Shown here: piece after piece, positions 50,110 to 62,654 of the stretch
How the letters are laid out: each line of letters opens with the position of its first letter
Position numbering within the stretch: position 1 is the first letter of the stretch
Assembly (NCBI RefSeq): GCF_016432865.1
Contig: NC_067400.1
Location: forward strand, 562,154,001 to 562,218,000
Origin: Antechinus flavipes
Lineage: Eukaryota
Length of the DNA: 64,000 nucleotides
Direction: 5' to 3'
Notes under the pieces: model-generated
Database searches by the model: none
The model's input: only the letters and a program-made list of their open reading frames with translations
What the model was told of the DNA's origin: nothing
Program-made: the position numbers and the translations under genes

Positions 50110-53100
50110 GTGACTTAGAATTTCCCTTTGACTTCAGACCTTCTATTTCTTGCCGTACCTTTTTGAAGGTAGAATGGTGCCCTTCATTTGATGATGAACA
50201 TTATCATACCTATTCATATCCTTCATATCCCAGTGACTCTAAACTCCTGCAGATCATCACCCAAACCTCATTCCACCCCAATCCTGATTTTTTATTTCTA
50301 CCCCCTTTAATTCTCCTATGCCAAAGGTTCATCATCCTAACTCCACCCAGCTCTTCAATTGTATCCCTTGGAATATCAACAAATATTTCTGCATTTTAAT
50401 TTTTTTTCTTCTCCCATTCTGGCTCTTACTGAAATCTGGTTTTCCCTCGGTGACACAGCTTTTTTGGCTACCCTTTCTAGTACTGGCTGCCTTTTCACTC
50501 TTCCTACTTAGCTGACTGGTTGAGTTGGGGGAGTTGGAATATTCTTTGCTCTCCATTGAGTTTTCAGCTTCTCCTCATACCACCATCACTCAGTAACATC
50601 TTCTCCTTTAAGGTGCATTATTTATACCACTATCCAATCAAAATCCTAGTAGTTGTTGTCCACAGACCCCTTCAGATTACTCTCCTTCATTAATGAGTTT
50701 GATAGTTGACTCACAATTTCTCTCTCTTTCCCAATTCCTGTCCTTATACCAGAGGATTTCAATATATATTGATTCTCCCTCAAATATCTTTACCACTCAG
50801 TTCTTCAACCTATTCACTTCCCATGCAATACTCTTTCATTCCATCTCATCTAACGCACAAAGATAGTCATAGCTTTGATTTTGCCATTACCCACAAGTGT
50901 ATCACTTCTATATCCAATAATTCCAAAATCCCCCTATATGATCATAATCGATTGTTTTTTTTCATGTCTCTTGCTGCCTTTCCTTACAAAACTCTGCTTT
51001 TCCTCCCCAATATGACTTTTAATACCTTGCTCCCTCAATTCCCTTCCAGGCCATCTCTCTTGCACTAATCAGTCTTTTTTCTTCTTCCTATCTTGAGCTC
51101 TTGGAAATTCAATTCAACTGTACACTCTCCTTGTCTCTTGAATTCTTTGCCCCTTTATCATATAACTCATTTCACTTAGCCAAGCTCAGTCTTGTATCAC
51201 TCCCACCATTTGTCACCTCTTCTACATATGTGCTGCTGAATGAAGGTAGAGAATATTATGCAACTATTCTGACTGGGTTCACAATGAATTTATGTTGTTC
51301 AACTTAAACTTGACCCTCATTGGTATTAGGCAATCTTACTATACCTCCCTTATTAACTCACTATCCCATTCTCAACAGATCTTCCAAACCTTTTCATCCT
51401 TCTTCAAACCCATTATGGTTTTCCCTCCCTTCACCATCTCAGCTGAGAACTTTGCCTCATATTTTACAGAAAAAAAACTGAGACCATTCACCATGAACTC
51501 TCACTTTTCCTCTTTTCTTCATCTCCTATCACTCAGATGCCTTCTATTACCTTCTCCTCCTTCACTCCTCCTCCTCCATCTCACATGATGAAGTGACTTT
51601 ACTTCTTACCAAGGCTAGTCCCTCTCCTTGTTCAAGTGATCCCATTCCATCCTGTCTCCTCCAACAGATTGTCCCTTCTATCATTCCCACTCTTTCACTT
51701 TTTATTTTTTTATTTTTTTTTCACTTATTTTCAATTGCCTTTTGTCTACTGGCTCCTTTTCTGCTGCCTATAAACATACCCATATCTCTCTAATCCTGAA
51801 AAAGCCCCTTATTTAATCCTTACATTCCCACTTACTATTATCTTGTTTCTCTTATGCCTTTTATAGTTAAACTCCTCAAAAGGCAACCACAATGGCTGTC
51901 TTTACTTTCTCTTTTCTTACTTTCTTTTTAACCCCTTACAATCTGGTTTCCAGCCTTATCATTTCAACAAAATCCCTCTCTCCAGAATTACTAAGGATCT
52001 CCTACTGGCCAAATCCAATGGCCTTTTCTCAATCTTCATTCTCCTTGACCTCTCCACAGCCTTTGACACATTTTCTCTTCCTTGATACTTCTGATTCTCC
52101 TCTTACCTGTCTGACCAATCTTTCTTGGTCTTTTGCTGGATCCTCTTGCAGATCACAAACTCCAACCACAGGTATCCCTCAGGGTTCTGTCCTGGACCGT
52201 CTGTCCTTCTTCTACACTTCTTTGCTTAGTAATCTTCTCATCTCCCATGATTTTAATGGCCATTTCTATGCCGATGATTCCAAAATCTACCTGACTCCAA
52301 ACTCTGCTGACATTCAAATTCTCATCTCCAGCTGCCTTTTAGCCTTCTTAAACTCATTATCTTTCATCACAAACCTTCCCTGACTTCTATTTTCCCTATT
52401 GCTGTAGAGGGCAACACCATCCTTCCAGTTCCTCAGGCTTCCAATCTTGCATTCATCCTGGATTCCTCACTATCTCTTCTCTTCCCCAATCATATCCAAT
52501 CTGTTAAAAGTCCTGCCTATTTTGCCTTTGCAACATCTCTCAAATATGCCCCTTTCTCTCCCTTGACTCTGCCATTACTCTGAGGCAGATGCTCATGCCC
52601 TCACACCTGGACTATCACAATAACTTGCTGGTGGTTTTGCTTGATTCACATGTTTCTCTATTCTAATCTATCCTTTCTTCAACCATTAAGGGAATTTTTC
52701 CTAAAGTATAAGTCCAAACCCAACTTAGTAAATTGCATTAGCTTCCTATCCCTGTCTGATCAATCAAATGCAAACTGCTCTGTTTGACAATCAAAATCCT
52801 TCATTACCTAGCCCCCTCTTTTCCAGTCTTCCTTATTCTTCCAAATGTGCTCTTCGGTGCAATGAATGACTGGACTCCTGGAGTTCCATGAATAAGACAC
52901 TCCATTTCTTTGCTCCAGGCGTTTTCTCTGGCTGTTCCCTTGCATAGAATACTTTTTCTCTCCTGCTCTATTGACCTTCCCAGCTTCCTTTAAGTCCTAA
53001 TTAAAAGGCTACTTCCAACAGAAGGTCTTCCCAAACTCCTCAGTTACATTATCTTCGCTTTATTAATTATGTCCTATTTACTGTGTCAATAGTTTGCTTT

Positions 53101-53232
53101 ACATATTTTTATTTGCTGAGTGTTTCTCCCTTTAGATTGCAAGCTCCTGGAAGATAGAGGTCTTTTGCCTTTTTCTTTCCCCAGTGTTTGGCACTGTGTA
53201 ATGCATAATAAATGTTTAATATTGATTGATTA
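50110..53232 (+). mobile_element. Long L2 LINE remnant (degenerate ORF2: APE endonuclease + RT, and 3' end)
   Basis: Motifs LALTEIWF, HKDSHSFDFAIT..PLYDHN, LLDLSTAFDT, GIPQGSVL (from 52171), FYADDS (YADD at 52267-52278); L2 3' tail near 53130-53232; many frameshifts. Confidence 0.9.
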
Positions 53233-53382
53233 GTTGATAGGGAATGAGGAAAATCTCTTTACCAATAAAAATCTGCAGATGTTTTGCAATGAATAGCCTT
53301 TAGAAGTTGTCTGAAGCCCTGAGAGGCCCAGGGTCACTTGGCTAATACGTGTCTGAGACAGTATTTGGACTTGAGTTTTTTT

Positions 53383-53775
53383 TTATTAGAGTTTTTTATT
53401 TTCAAAACACATGCATGGATAATTCTTCAACATTAACTCTTCTAAAACTTTGTGTTCCAATTTTTCCACTCTTCCCCTCACCCCCTCCCCTGGATGGCAA
53501 GAAATCCAATACATGTTAAACATGGTAGAGATATATGTTGAATCCAATATATGCATACATATTTATACAATTATCTTACTGCACAAGAAAAATCAAATCA
53601 AACAGGAAAAAAATGAGAAAGAAAATCAAATGCAAGCAAACAACAACAAAAAGAGTAAAAATATTATGTTGTGGTCCACATTCAGTTCCCACTGTACTTT
53701 CTTTGGATGTAGATGACTCTCTTCACAAGATCATTGGAATTGATCTGAATCATTTCATTATTGAAGAGAGCCACT
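53383..53775 (-). mobile_element. L1 3' end (relatively young)
   Basis: Poly-T then tttcaaaacacatgcatggataattcttcaaca...gttgtggtccacattcag. Confidence 0.9.
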
Positions 53776-54189
53776 GGATTTAGGTTTTCCAGACAATGAG
53801 GTTAATTCCCTATCCATTCCATGATGCTGTTGAGAAAGTAAAAATAAAATTGTAACCTCCCTTGCCCTCCAGGAGCTTATATTCTGTTGAGGACTGAGTG
53901 GAGAGAAGAGAAAACATCATGTAGTAGGTCATAGCACTAGGAAGTGGGGAAATCAGGAAAAAGACTTTATAGAAGGTGACCCTGGTCTGTCTTTGAAAAG
54001 GTGATAAGGGAGAAGGTATTGATATGCCCTGGCAAATCCTTCTCGATATGGGCTCTGCTGAGTGAACATCCAGATGTTGGGGCAATAGGAGAAACCCAGG
54101 GAATATAACTGAAAATAATAGCAATGATAACTCATGTTTTGTTGGAAGGGCGTTTCTTCGGAGTGTAGAACAAAGTTTAGCAGCAACTT

Positions 54190-54405
54190 CCTCCCCTCCC
54201 TTTTATCTCTTTCCTCCTTTCTCCTTCTCCTCCTCCACTTCCCCTTTCTTCCATTCTCTTCTCCTCTTTCCATTTCCTCTCCCCCTCTTTTTTTCTCTGC
54301 TTCCCCTCCTTCTTCTTTCCCTTTTCACCATTTCCTTCTTTCTACTTCCTCTCTCCTCCTCCCCTCTTCTTTTCTCTTCCTCTCCTCTTCTCTTCTTCCC
54401 TTAAT
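54190..54405 (+). repeat. CT-rich polypyrimidine tract
   Basis: Composition. Confidence 0.9.
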
Positions 54406-54550
54406 ACTTTGAAGTGCATGGTTGGAGCCAGTTTCCAGAAACATAATAGATAGTAAAAGGAACGGTCTCACTCCAAACCAAGTATCAACTGGGTATGATA
54501 CATTATCAGTGAGGGAGAAGTGGAGTCAAGCATTGAGCTAGCACATGGGA

Positions 54551-54698
54551 CTCATTTTTCTTATCCAAGGCAGGGCTGCCTGCTTTCTGGGACCTGGCTC
54601 TTACTGAACTTAGATAAATCCGGGTCACCTTAGATCTCCTACAGGAAGCCCTTCCTGATTTCCATCCCAAGTTGCAAATGACTTCCCAATTTCTTTTT
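54551..54698 (-). repeat. Inverted copy of 56043-56190
   Basis: 148 bp, 10 mismatches, no indels against the reverse complement of 56043-56190. Confidence 0.95.
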
Positions 54699-54700
54699 GA

Positions 54701-54777
54701 CATGGGACTGACTAATATCCCTTTTTGCATGGGACTGACTAATATCCCTTTTTGCATGGGACTGACTAATATCCCTT
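54701..54777 (+). repeat. 27-bp tandem repeat x ~2.9 (catgggactgactaatatccctttttg)
   Basis: Identical head-to-tail units, no spacers. Confidence 0.95.
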
Positions 54778-55879
54778 CCACTGGAGTTTTCACAAATCAC
54801 CTGATATTGATTTGATTACATTCCTTTTCAACTCTTAGCATGCCTCTGGCAACTAGCACTGGGACCATGCAGATCAGACTGGACAACACACTACTGAGAT
54901 GCAGGGGTGAGATAGACCCAGTACACTTTATTTTATGTTTCTGCAGCTGCAGTCAGATTGCTGCCTTCCCTTTATGTAATAGAGCATTCCCCAGTCCCTT
55001 CCTCCACTCCCACATCATTCCCTTAGATCCTGCTAGGCAGGCAGAAAAAAAAAACATTTCAAAGGCAAGAGAACAGAGACCTAAAGTCTTGCTAAAAGTC
55101 AAAAAGTATCTTTTTGCTAGAAGTAGAATTAGAGACTTCTGGATTTGGAGTCCACGGACTTGGATTTGAATCCTGGCTGTGCTCTTTCCCCCTTGCAACT
55201 GAGTATGATCACTTAAGTCCTCTGGGGCTTAGCTTCTTCATCTGGAATCAGAGCCAGGACAAGGATGAGGGAGAGGGATAGACGAGGGCTTTGTTCCAGG
55301 ATGTGGAAATTTAGATGAAATCCTTATAACATTTTCAGTTCTTAAACAGCATAGAAATAACTGAGCTTAACACCTAGATGGGAAGATGTCTCCTGACAAG
55401 CTGGCAAGAGTAAGTCATTAAAATAGGAAACTGCCAGATGGTAGCTTCCTCCTCTTCCTGTCTGGTCGGACCCTGCTCTCCCCTCACCTCCCACCTCCAG
55501 AGCAGACACATAATACTATGCCCGGCTCTTGGATGTCCCATCTCCCATTCAATTCAATGTTTCGTTCTGCTTGCACACTGCTGATTATGGTTCTGATTGG
55601 ACCTAATGATCTTTAAGGTCCCTTCCTTAAGTCTTATGAAATGGGCTCCCAATTTCTACTCTTCTTCTAGCACAATCCTCTCTTCAGATACCCATGTTAG
55701 ACTCATTTGATCCTTGGAATTATATTATTTGGTTATTTCTGCTCCCAACTCTTTGACTCACGTGATCAGAGCAAAGCTGTAGAGTGGGGCTTTGTCTGAG
55801 AAGTGGTCCTTCTCTCTTTTCTTCATGGAAATAGACCTTTAGCATTAGTTCTCTGAAATGGAAACAATTATCTGTCTTC

Positions 55880-56120
55880 CTGGTTCTGCTCAATTCAATT
55901 CAACAAGTACGTATTAAGTCCCTATTATGTTCCACGCTGCAGATAAAAAGAGAAAAAATGAAAAATAGTTCCTTCCCTCGAGGAGATTATCTTCTACCCA
56001 AAGGAAATTACAGGTAGAGAGAAAATTCAGTTCAAAATACATAAAAAGAAATTGGGAAGTCACTTGCAACTTGCGGTGGAAATCAGGATGGGCTTCCTGT
56101 AGGAGATCTGAGGTGACCTG
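55880..56120 (-). mobile_element. L2 3' fragment (overlaps the donor of the inverted copy)
   Basis: caattcaattcaacaagtacgtattaag...gggcttcctgtaggag. Confidence 0.65.
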
Positions 56121-56778
56121 GATTTATCTAAGTTCAGTAAGAGCCAGGTCCCAGAAAGTAGATAGCCCTGCCTTGGATAAGAAAATTGAGGAATGTTCCC
56201 AGTAATCTGAGTCCCTGGGAGAGTATACCATTTGGAAAACCTTGCCCAGCACAGAGGATAGGGAAAGGGAAAGAGATGTTTCCAGGAGTCTGCACTTGCT
56301 GTGTGTGGGCACAGGGATCCAAGAGGGAAGAGGAGTTCAAGTAACAGTAGTCTTCCTGAATTGGCTGTATCATCTTACTTCTCAACCTCAGTTGATCCAT
56401 TTAGGTCCATTTAGAAGATGGACAGAATATTTCTTGTCTTTCTTTATAGGAATGTTGTGAAGAATAAAGGAGAAATGTTTACAAAGGAAAAAGATTGTCA
56501 CTGAAAGATCTCTGAACTAGATGGCTAAGAGACCAGGGTTCTAGTCCTAGCTACTAATGCTACTATTACTAATGAGCTGTTGAACTTAAAGAAGATTTTT
56601 TTTTCTGGACCTCAGTTTCCTCATCTATATCAATTTACAGAATGATCTCCTACCATCTCTATTTTAAGATTTTATTTAATAGCTACCAAAGCCCACCATC
56701 TCCCAAGACAGCCTATTACAACTTGGAGAGCCTTTGGTATTAGAAGTACTTCCATTATTAAGTCAGGATTTGTTTGAA

Positions 56779-57023
56779 AGGCCAGCTAGGTGGTGCTTTA
56801 GATCAAGAACACTGGTCCTGAAGTCAGGATGACCTGAGTTCAAATCCAACCTCAGACACTTATTAGTTATATGATCCTGAGGGAGTCACTTAACCCAGTT
56901 TGCCATAGTTTCCTCATCTATAAAATGAAAGGAAAATGAAATGACAGACCACTCCAATATCTTTGCCAAGGAAACCCCAAATGGGGGCATGAAGAATCAG
57001 ACATGACTAATCAACTAAACGAC
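56779..57023 (+). mobile_element. MAR1-type SINE
   Basis: ccagctaggtggtg...gacctgagttcaaatcc...accactccaatatctttgccaaggaaaccccaaatggg. Confidence 0.85.
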
Positions 57024-57024
57024 A

Positions 57025-57350
57025 TTTTTATCTGTCTCTTTTCAACCTCCCATCATTGCCCCTAGCTCTGACTTCTGGGGATGAGCCAATATCTCCAATT
57101 CCTCTTCTACATGACAGCTTCTCAAATATTTGAAGACTATCTGTCATGTTTCTTCTTAAGTCTCTTTTTTTTTCCAGGTTAACCATCCTCAGTTCCTTCA
57201 GCCAATCTTTTTTTTTGGCACTAACTGGGGCCATTCATCATTCTGTTTGCCCTTCTCTGGATAATTTCCACTTTATCAATGTCCTTCCCAATATGTGGCT
57301 CCCAGAACTGAAGATGTTACTTCAGATGTATTCATTCCATTCAGGTCAGG
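57025..57350 (-). mobile_element. CR1/L3 fragment
   Basis: Minus peptide WLKELRMVNLEKKRDLRRNMTDSLQIFEKLSCRRG. Confidence 0.75.
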
Positions 57351-58403
57351 GGAAGGTGGGACTTTCACTTTAGAGCTTAGAACAGTGCCAGGCAAGGACT
57401 AAGTATTTAAAAGCTTGCTGACTGACTGATAACTTTTTAAAAATTTAATTTTTTCCCAGTGTTTTCCCTGTTCCCCTGTAAAGAACAAACAACACCTCCC
57501 CAAATCTTCTTAACAAATGGACTTAGTAGAAATTTATGAAGCATCTACTATGTGCTAGACATTCTGTAAAACACTGAGGAAGCAAATTAAAAAAATAGTT
57601 TCTATCTTCAAGGAGTTTACAATCTAATGGGGGAAGACAAGGTACAAAAGGCAGTTGATTAGCTTCCAAGGAGCCTCAATTATCTCATTTGTAAAATGAT
57701 GCTTGTTGAGATCCTTTTCAGCTCTGGATACATGATTCTATAATTTCAAGAAAGCTAATGTCAAATTACTCTGAAAGATTCAAGAATTCTGATCAATGCA
57801 ATGGTCAACTACAATTCTAGAGGACCAATGATAAAGTGATAAACTCAGTATAAAATATATATATATATTAAGATATCACCAGTCCAAGAGTTTAAGGATT
57901 GGAAGAATGAACACTTAATTCTTCTCAAAGTCTTTCTTTATAGAGGACTAGGAACTTTCCAGAGAACTCTTAATTTTCCATCAGCAGCTCAGTTTGGCTT
58001 TGATTCTATGGGACATCAGACACCTAGATTTCTTTCCTCCTCCCCCTACCACTTACTATCTTCCTTTTGTACATTATCTTCCCCTTTCAGATTGTAAAGT
58101 CCTTGAAGGCAGGAGCTGTCTTTTTAAAAAATTTCCTTATAGGCAGTAAGCCTCAGAGGTGGTATTAAATTGATGTTTTTTTTTTTTTTTCTGGAATCAG
58201 AGCTGTTTCCATTGAATCTCACTGCCTTTTGGCTGCCATGCTAATCACAATGTGGGCTAATTTTGAAAATTTAGTCTACTAACCCCCCTAGATCTTGAGA
58301 TGAACTTCTATTTCCTCCATTTTATTCTTATGAAGTTGATTTCTCGAAACCTGGTATAGAATTTATATTTATCCCTATTCATTTTCATTTAAAATTTGGC
58401 TCA

Positions 58404-58525
58404 ATGTTCAAAGAAAAGACTTTTGGGAGATATGATCCTTATTTTCTAAGATCTGAAGGACTGTCATGTGGAAAAGGGATTAGACTTGCCCTGTTTAGTT
58501 CCAAAGGGCAAAGCAATTTATATGT

Positions 58526-58575
<50 letters not shown>

Positions 58576-58760
58576 TTGTGTGTGTGTGTGTAGTTCTAGG
58601 AAGGCAGATTGCTATTCAATATAACAAAGAACTTTCAAATATTGAGAGATCTCCAGAAATAAAACAAATGAGTTACCTGGGGAGGAAGGGGATGTTCTAT
58701 CACTGAACATCTTTAAGCTGAGACCAGATGGCTCCTTTGGTGGGATGTTAAGGGGGAGAG
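58404..58760 (+). mobile_element. CR1/L3 3' fragment with internal (GT)n (58525-58590)
   Basis: ctgtcatgtggaaaagggattagacttg...aggaaggcagatt...ctatcactgaacatctttaagc. Confidence 0.7.
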
Positions 58761-59829
58761 TCCTCCTCCTAGTGGCAAAGGATCTTAAGGAGAGATGGAG
58801 CCAGCATGTGGCAGGCAGGTCTGACTCCTATCACTACCTCGAGGATCATCTCCCTTCAGACCCAAGTGTATCAGCCCAAGAACCCTAGAAATGGGAGCAG
58901 AGAATAAGCTGCTTTCTGTACACCTTCATCATCAGTTCTGCTCATCTTGATTCTCACAGGCATTACTCAGGGGAATAGCCCCTGTGGAATATAATCCAGT
59001 CACTGCTTCTGTAGGGGTTAATGACTTTGCATCTTTAGCAGTCATAGCTCCCAAGGATCCTGAAAAAAAAGGTGCCCACAACCTAAGTCCTTGGCATTGT
59101 CACATGACTCAGTGTCAAAATGGATATGGTTTTATATGGTGGAAATGACTCTAAAGCAGATGCATTAGAATTTGCTTTGATTCTATGCCCTAAGGACCAT
59201 GAGACCTTTTTTTTTTTATTGAATTTGAAGCTGAAACCTGTTATGTATGTTGTGTTGCTCATTAGAATGCAAGTTCCACAAGAAATAGGACTGTCTTGCT
59301 TCTATATAAGTATCCCCAGTTTTTAAGATAGCACTTTGTACATTGTAACAGTTTAATAGTTTTTTTTTATTAATTCATTGATGAGGGGATTGGACTAAAT
59401 ATCCTCAAAATTTCTTTTCTACTTTGAGAGTCTATGATTTTATCTACCTGTCAATGATATCATCACATGACCTTCTGCAGATCTCCCTTGGCCATCAAAC
59501 ACATTCCAAGTCTTGTTCAATTTGTGGATTATCTGTGTTGGATTAAAAGCAAAGAAACTCAAAGTGAAGTTCTTATTTCCCCCCAGGAAGTGTCTGACCT
59601 CCTTCTCCTTCTCCAGTCAATATGAACTCAAGAAATGCAAATGTATGTTATCAGTTTAAGTCAAGCCCAGTGAGGAAGGTGGCTTGATGTCAAAGTACCA
59701 TGGAGGAAACTATGAAGTTGAATAGAAATGTTTGGGGAATTATTCAGGGTTTTGGGTTATCTGGAACTTAACATAACACAACTTCATGGGCAATTGAGAA
59801 TTTATACTTCAATAGGTCGATGAATCTAT

Positions 59830-60050
59830 TGATGTTACTGTGAGCTAGTAAATATATAACAATCAGCTCTATGAACAAAAAAAAAGATATGCATGACACA
59901 TTTTAAAATTTAATCTGCATTCTTTGCATTTTCTCCACCACTTTATTAGGCAAACATGATCAATGAAAAAAAAATCAAGTCCTGATTTGTAGCATTTTCT
60001 GATTTCTCAGCTGTAAAACGCTCACATTGAACATTTAACAATCAGAGTAG
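59830..60050. mobile_element. hAT (MER63/Blackjack-like) non-autonomous element
   Basis: aaatcaagtcctgatttgtagcatttt...gctcacattgaacatttaacaatcag. Confidence 0.5.
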
Positions 60051-60286
60051 AAGTGAGTTTGTACATAACACAAAGTATATTTCTTTGGAATCCATGCCTT
60101 TTCATCCATGCTGGGCTATCCAGTTTATCATTATCCTTTTAAATTTGTGGCATCTAGAACAAGACTTCATATGTGAAGTCCCTGGCCAGGGATAAGTGTG
60201 GAGAGATCATCCTATAAATTCTATACTGAATGTACTGTGAGCCTGTTCTAAGTCTTTTAAAATCCAGAGGTTCCAGAATCCAGTTA

Positions 60287-60510
60287 AGGGCAGGTAGGTG
60301 GTGCAGTAAATAGGATGTCAAGGCTGGAGTCAAGGAGACTCCTCTTCATGGGTTCAAATCTGGTCTCAAATACTAACCAAATCATTTATCCCTGTTTACT
60401 TCCTCAACTGAGCTGGAAAAGAAATGGCAAATCACTTTAGTATCTTTGCCAAGAAAACTTCAAATGGAATCATGAAGAGCAAGAAACTGAAATGACTGAA
60501 CAACAACAAA
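60287..60510 (+). mobile_element. MAR1-type SINE
   Basis: ggggcaggtaggtggtgcagt...gagctggaaaagaaatggcaaatcactttagtatctttgccaagaaa...gactgaacaacaac. Confidence 0.85.
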
Positions 60511-61254
60511 AAGTCCATATTCTACGCTCTGGTTATCTATTATCTTCACCTTCACAGCATGACTAGCTCACTTCCTTTTCATAGGATATGTTTCTTGGAG
60601 GCAGTCTTTTTATTTTTTATTTTATTTTTTGCAAAGAAGTCTTCACTGTTAATTTTGATTCATTCTTCTTATATCAATCATATATCTCTTCAGTCCCCTT
60701 GGGGATCTTGGTACTACAGAGACTGTGGGGAACCATGGCTGGAGGCCATCTATCATCATCCAGAGAATATTGGTGTTAAAAAGATAGATTTTTGTGAGAA
60801 CAAGGACTGTCTTTCATTTCATATTTGTATCCTTAAATAGCACTTAGCACAGTGCTTAGCACATTGTGGGCACTCAATAGTCTTTTATTGACTGGATGTC
60901 AGGAAACAGGCTGGTATCATTGAAAGTGAGGCACAATTTTCAAAATGCAATTCAATTCACTCTTCTGATTATTCAGGTCACTGTCCATCTGCAGGAATTG
61001 TCAAAACATATGTGTCCATGGACTACTTCAGTGCTCTGCTATAGAGCTGTAACAAGTAATTTTTGTGCCTAGGGCAAGGATCACCAAAATTAAGCCCAAA
61101 TCAACTTTTAAAGAAATCAAATGAGGGGGAGAGTCTGGGTTGCTGGGAGGATGCTGTTGCAGAGGCTTCAGGATAGGGCAGAGTGGTAGGCAGGAATTCA
61201 TCTGGGATGCAATACCTCTCTGGGGGAGGAAGCTAATTGTTACTTTCTTCTTTT

Positions 61255-62215
61255 AACTAATTATTATTTTTAAGTGCTTTAAAAATGAACAAAATCTATT
61301 TTCTCTTCCTTTTCACTGAAATAAAGAGAAGGAAAACAAATTTCTTGTAGCAAATACTGGGTAGAGCAAAACAAATTACCCCATTGTCTATGTTTTAAAT
61401 ATACATGAATATATATAAGTATTCAAACAATCCACATTCATTAAGTGCCTACTATGTGCTAGGCAGTATGCTAAACTCTGGGGATATAGAAAAAGGCAAA
61501 AGACAGTTCTTGTTCTCAAGGAACTAATAACAAATGAATCTATTCATCACACACATATATTTGCATATGCATATATATGTGTATGTATGTACATCCTGAG
61601 GAGAATACACATATAGATTCCTATACATACATACATACATGCATGTACATTTATAACATATATGAATCTGTATATATCTCTTGAATATGGATCTATATGT
61701 GTGTATATATTACATACATATGCATATATACACACATGCACATACTTATTACCTTTCTGTCATGAAATAGATCACACATTTCATCATTAGTCCTTTAGAA
61801 TTATGGAAGATCATTGTACTGATCTTAGTTCTTACAAATTTCAAAGTTATTTGTATTTTCAATGTTATTATTGTATAAATTATTCTCCTGGTTCTGTTCA
61901 TTGATAAAACATTAATAGGTAAACATCTTCAAAATTGTTTTTTTAAATAATATTGATGTTATAGTGTAAATTGTTTTGATTCTGCTCATTTTGCTCTATA
62001 TCAGTTCATATAAATTTTTTGATGTCTCTTTGAAATCATGATTCCTCATATAACAACAATTTATTCAGCCATTACTCAATTGACTAATCAGCATATGCCC
62101 TTTGATCCAGGTATATCACTGATAGGTCTACATCTCAAAAGGTCAAAGAAACAGCAAAAGGTCCTATATATGCAAAAATATTTATAATAATTATTTTTGT
62201 GGTAACAAAAATTAT
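61255..62215 (-). mobile_element. L1 3' end with inverted 5' segment (62091-62215), interrupted by an L2 fragment and a TA/CA microsatellite (61420-61745)
   Basis: Continuity with the L1 3' UTR at 42575-43000; plus-oriented catatgccctttgatcc...ttttgtggtaacaaaa abuts the minus-oriented cagccattactcaattg. Confidence 0.65.
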
Positions 62216-62229
62216 TAATAAAGTATTCT

Positions 62230-62550
62230 TGATAATCTCTAAATAGGAACTAAGTCCAGTTGTTTCTGTATTTCTGAAGGATGCCATCAAATGCTATCGA
62301 AATGCTGACTTTTGGCATATTGAGAACAAAGCCCTAATCCTCTCATTTTAGTGACATTTCTGATCAGTCATCTGATGTAATGTCATACTGAGGGTAATAG
62401 ACATACTTCATCCACATAGTCTTTTCTGTATGGACTATTAGGCTGATATGTTGAGCGGTTATGGATTTTGAAAATGAAGTCCTTTGTTATTCTCTTGCTT
62501 GATGCAATCAGGGCAGTATCATTTCTAAATAAGAGTATCTGGAGGACTTC
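62230..62550 (-). mobile_element. RTE RT fragment
   Basis: Minus peptide VDGEVLQILLFRNDTALIASS (~VLQMLLFADDIVLIASS). Confidence 0.7.
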
Positions 62551-62654
62551 ACCATCCACAGGTAAAAAGCATTGATTAAATGCTTATTATACGCCTTGCA
62601 CTGTGCTAATCTCCAGGGGGAAGGGCAAAAGTAGTCAAAATGTTTAGATAGATT

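Noticed and set aside
51892-52383. 163-aa ORF with a YADD reverse-transcriptase motif as a functional gene
   Set aside because: Frameshifted piece of a decayed L2 ORF2; adjacent RT motifs lie in other frames
54701-54777. 27-bp repeats as a CRISPR-like array
   Set aside because: Head-to-tail units with no spacers, in eukaryotic DNA with no cas genes; it is a tandem triplication
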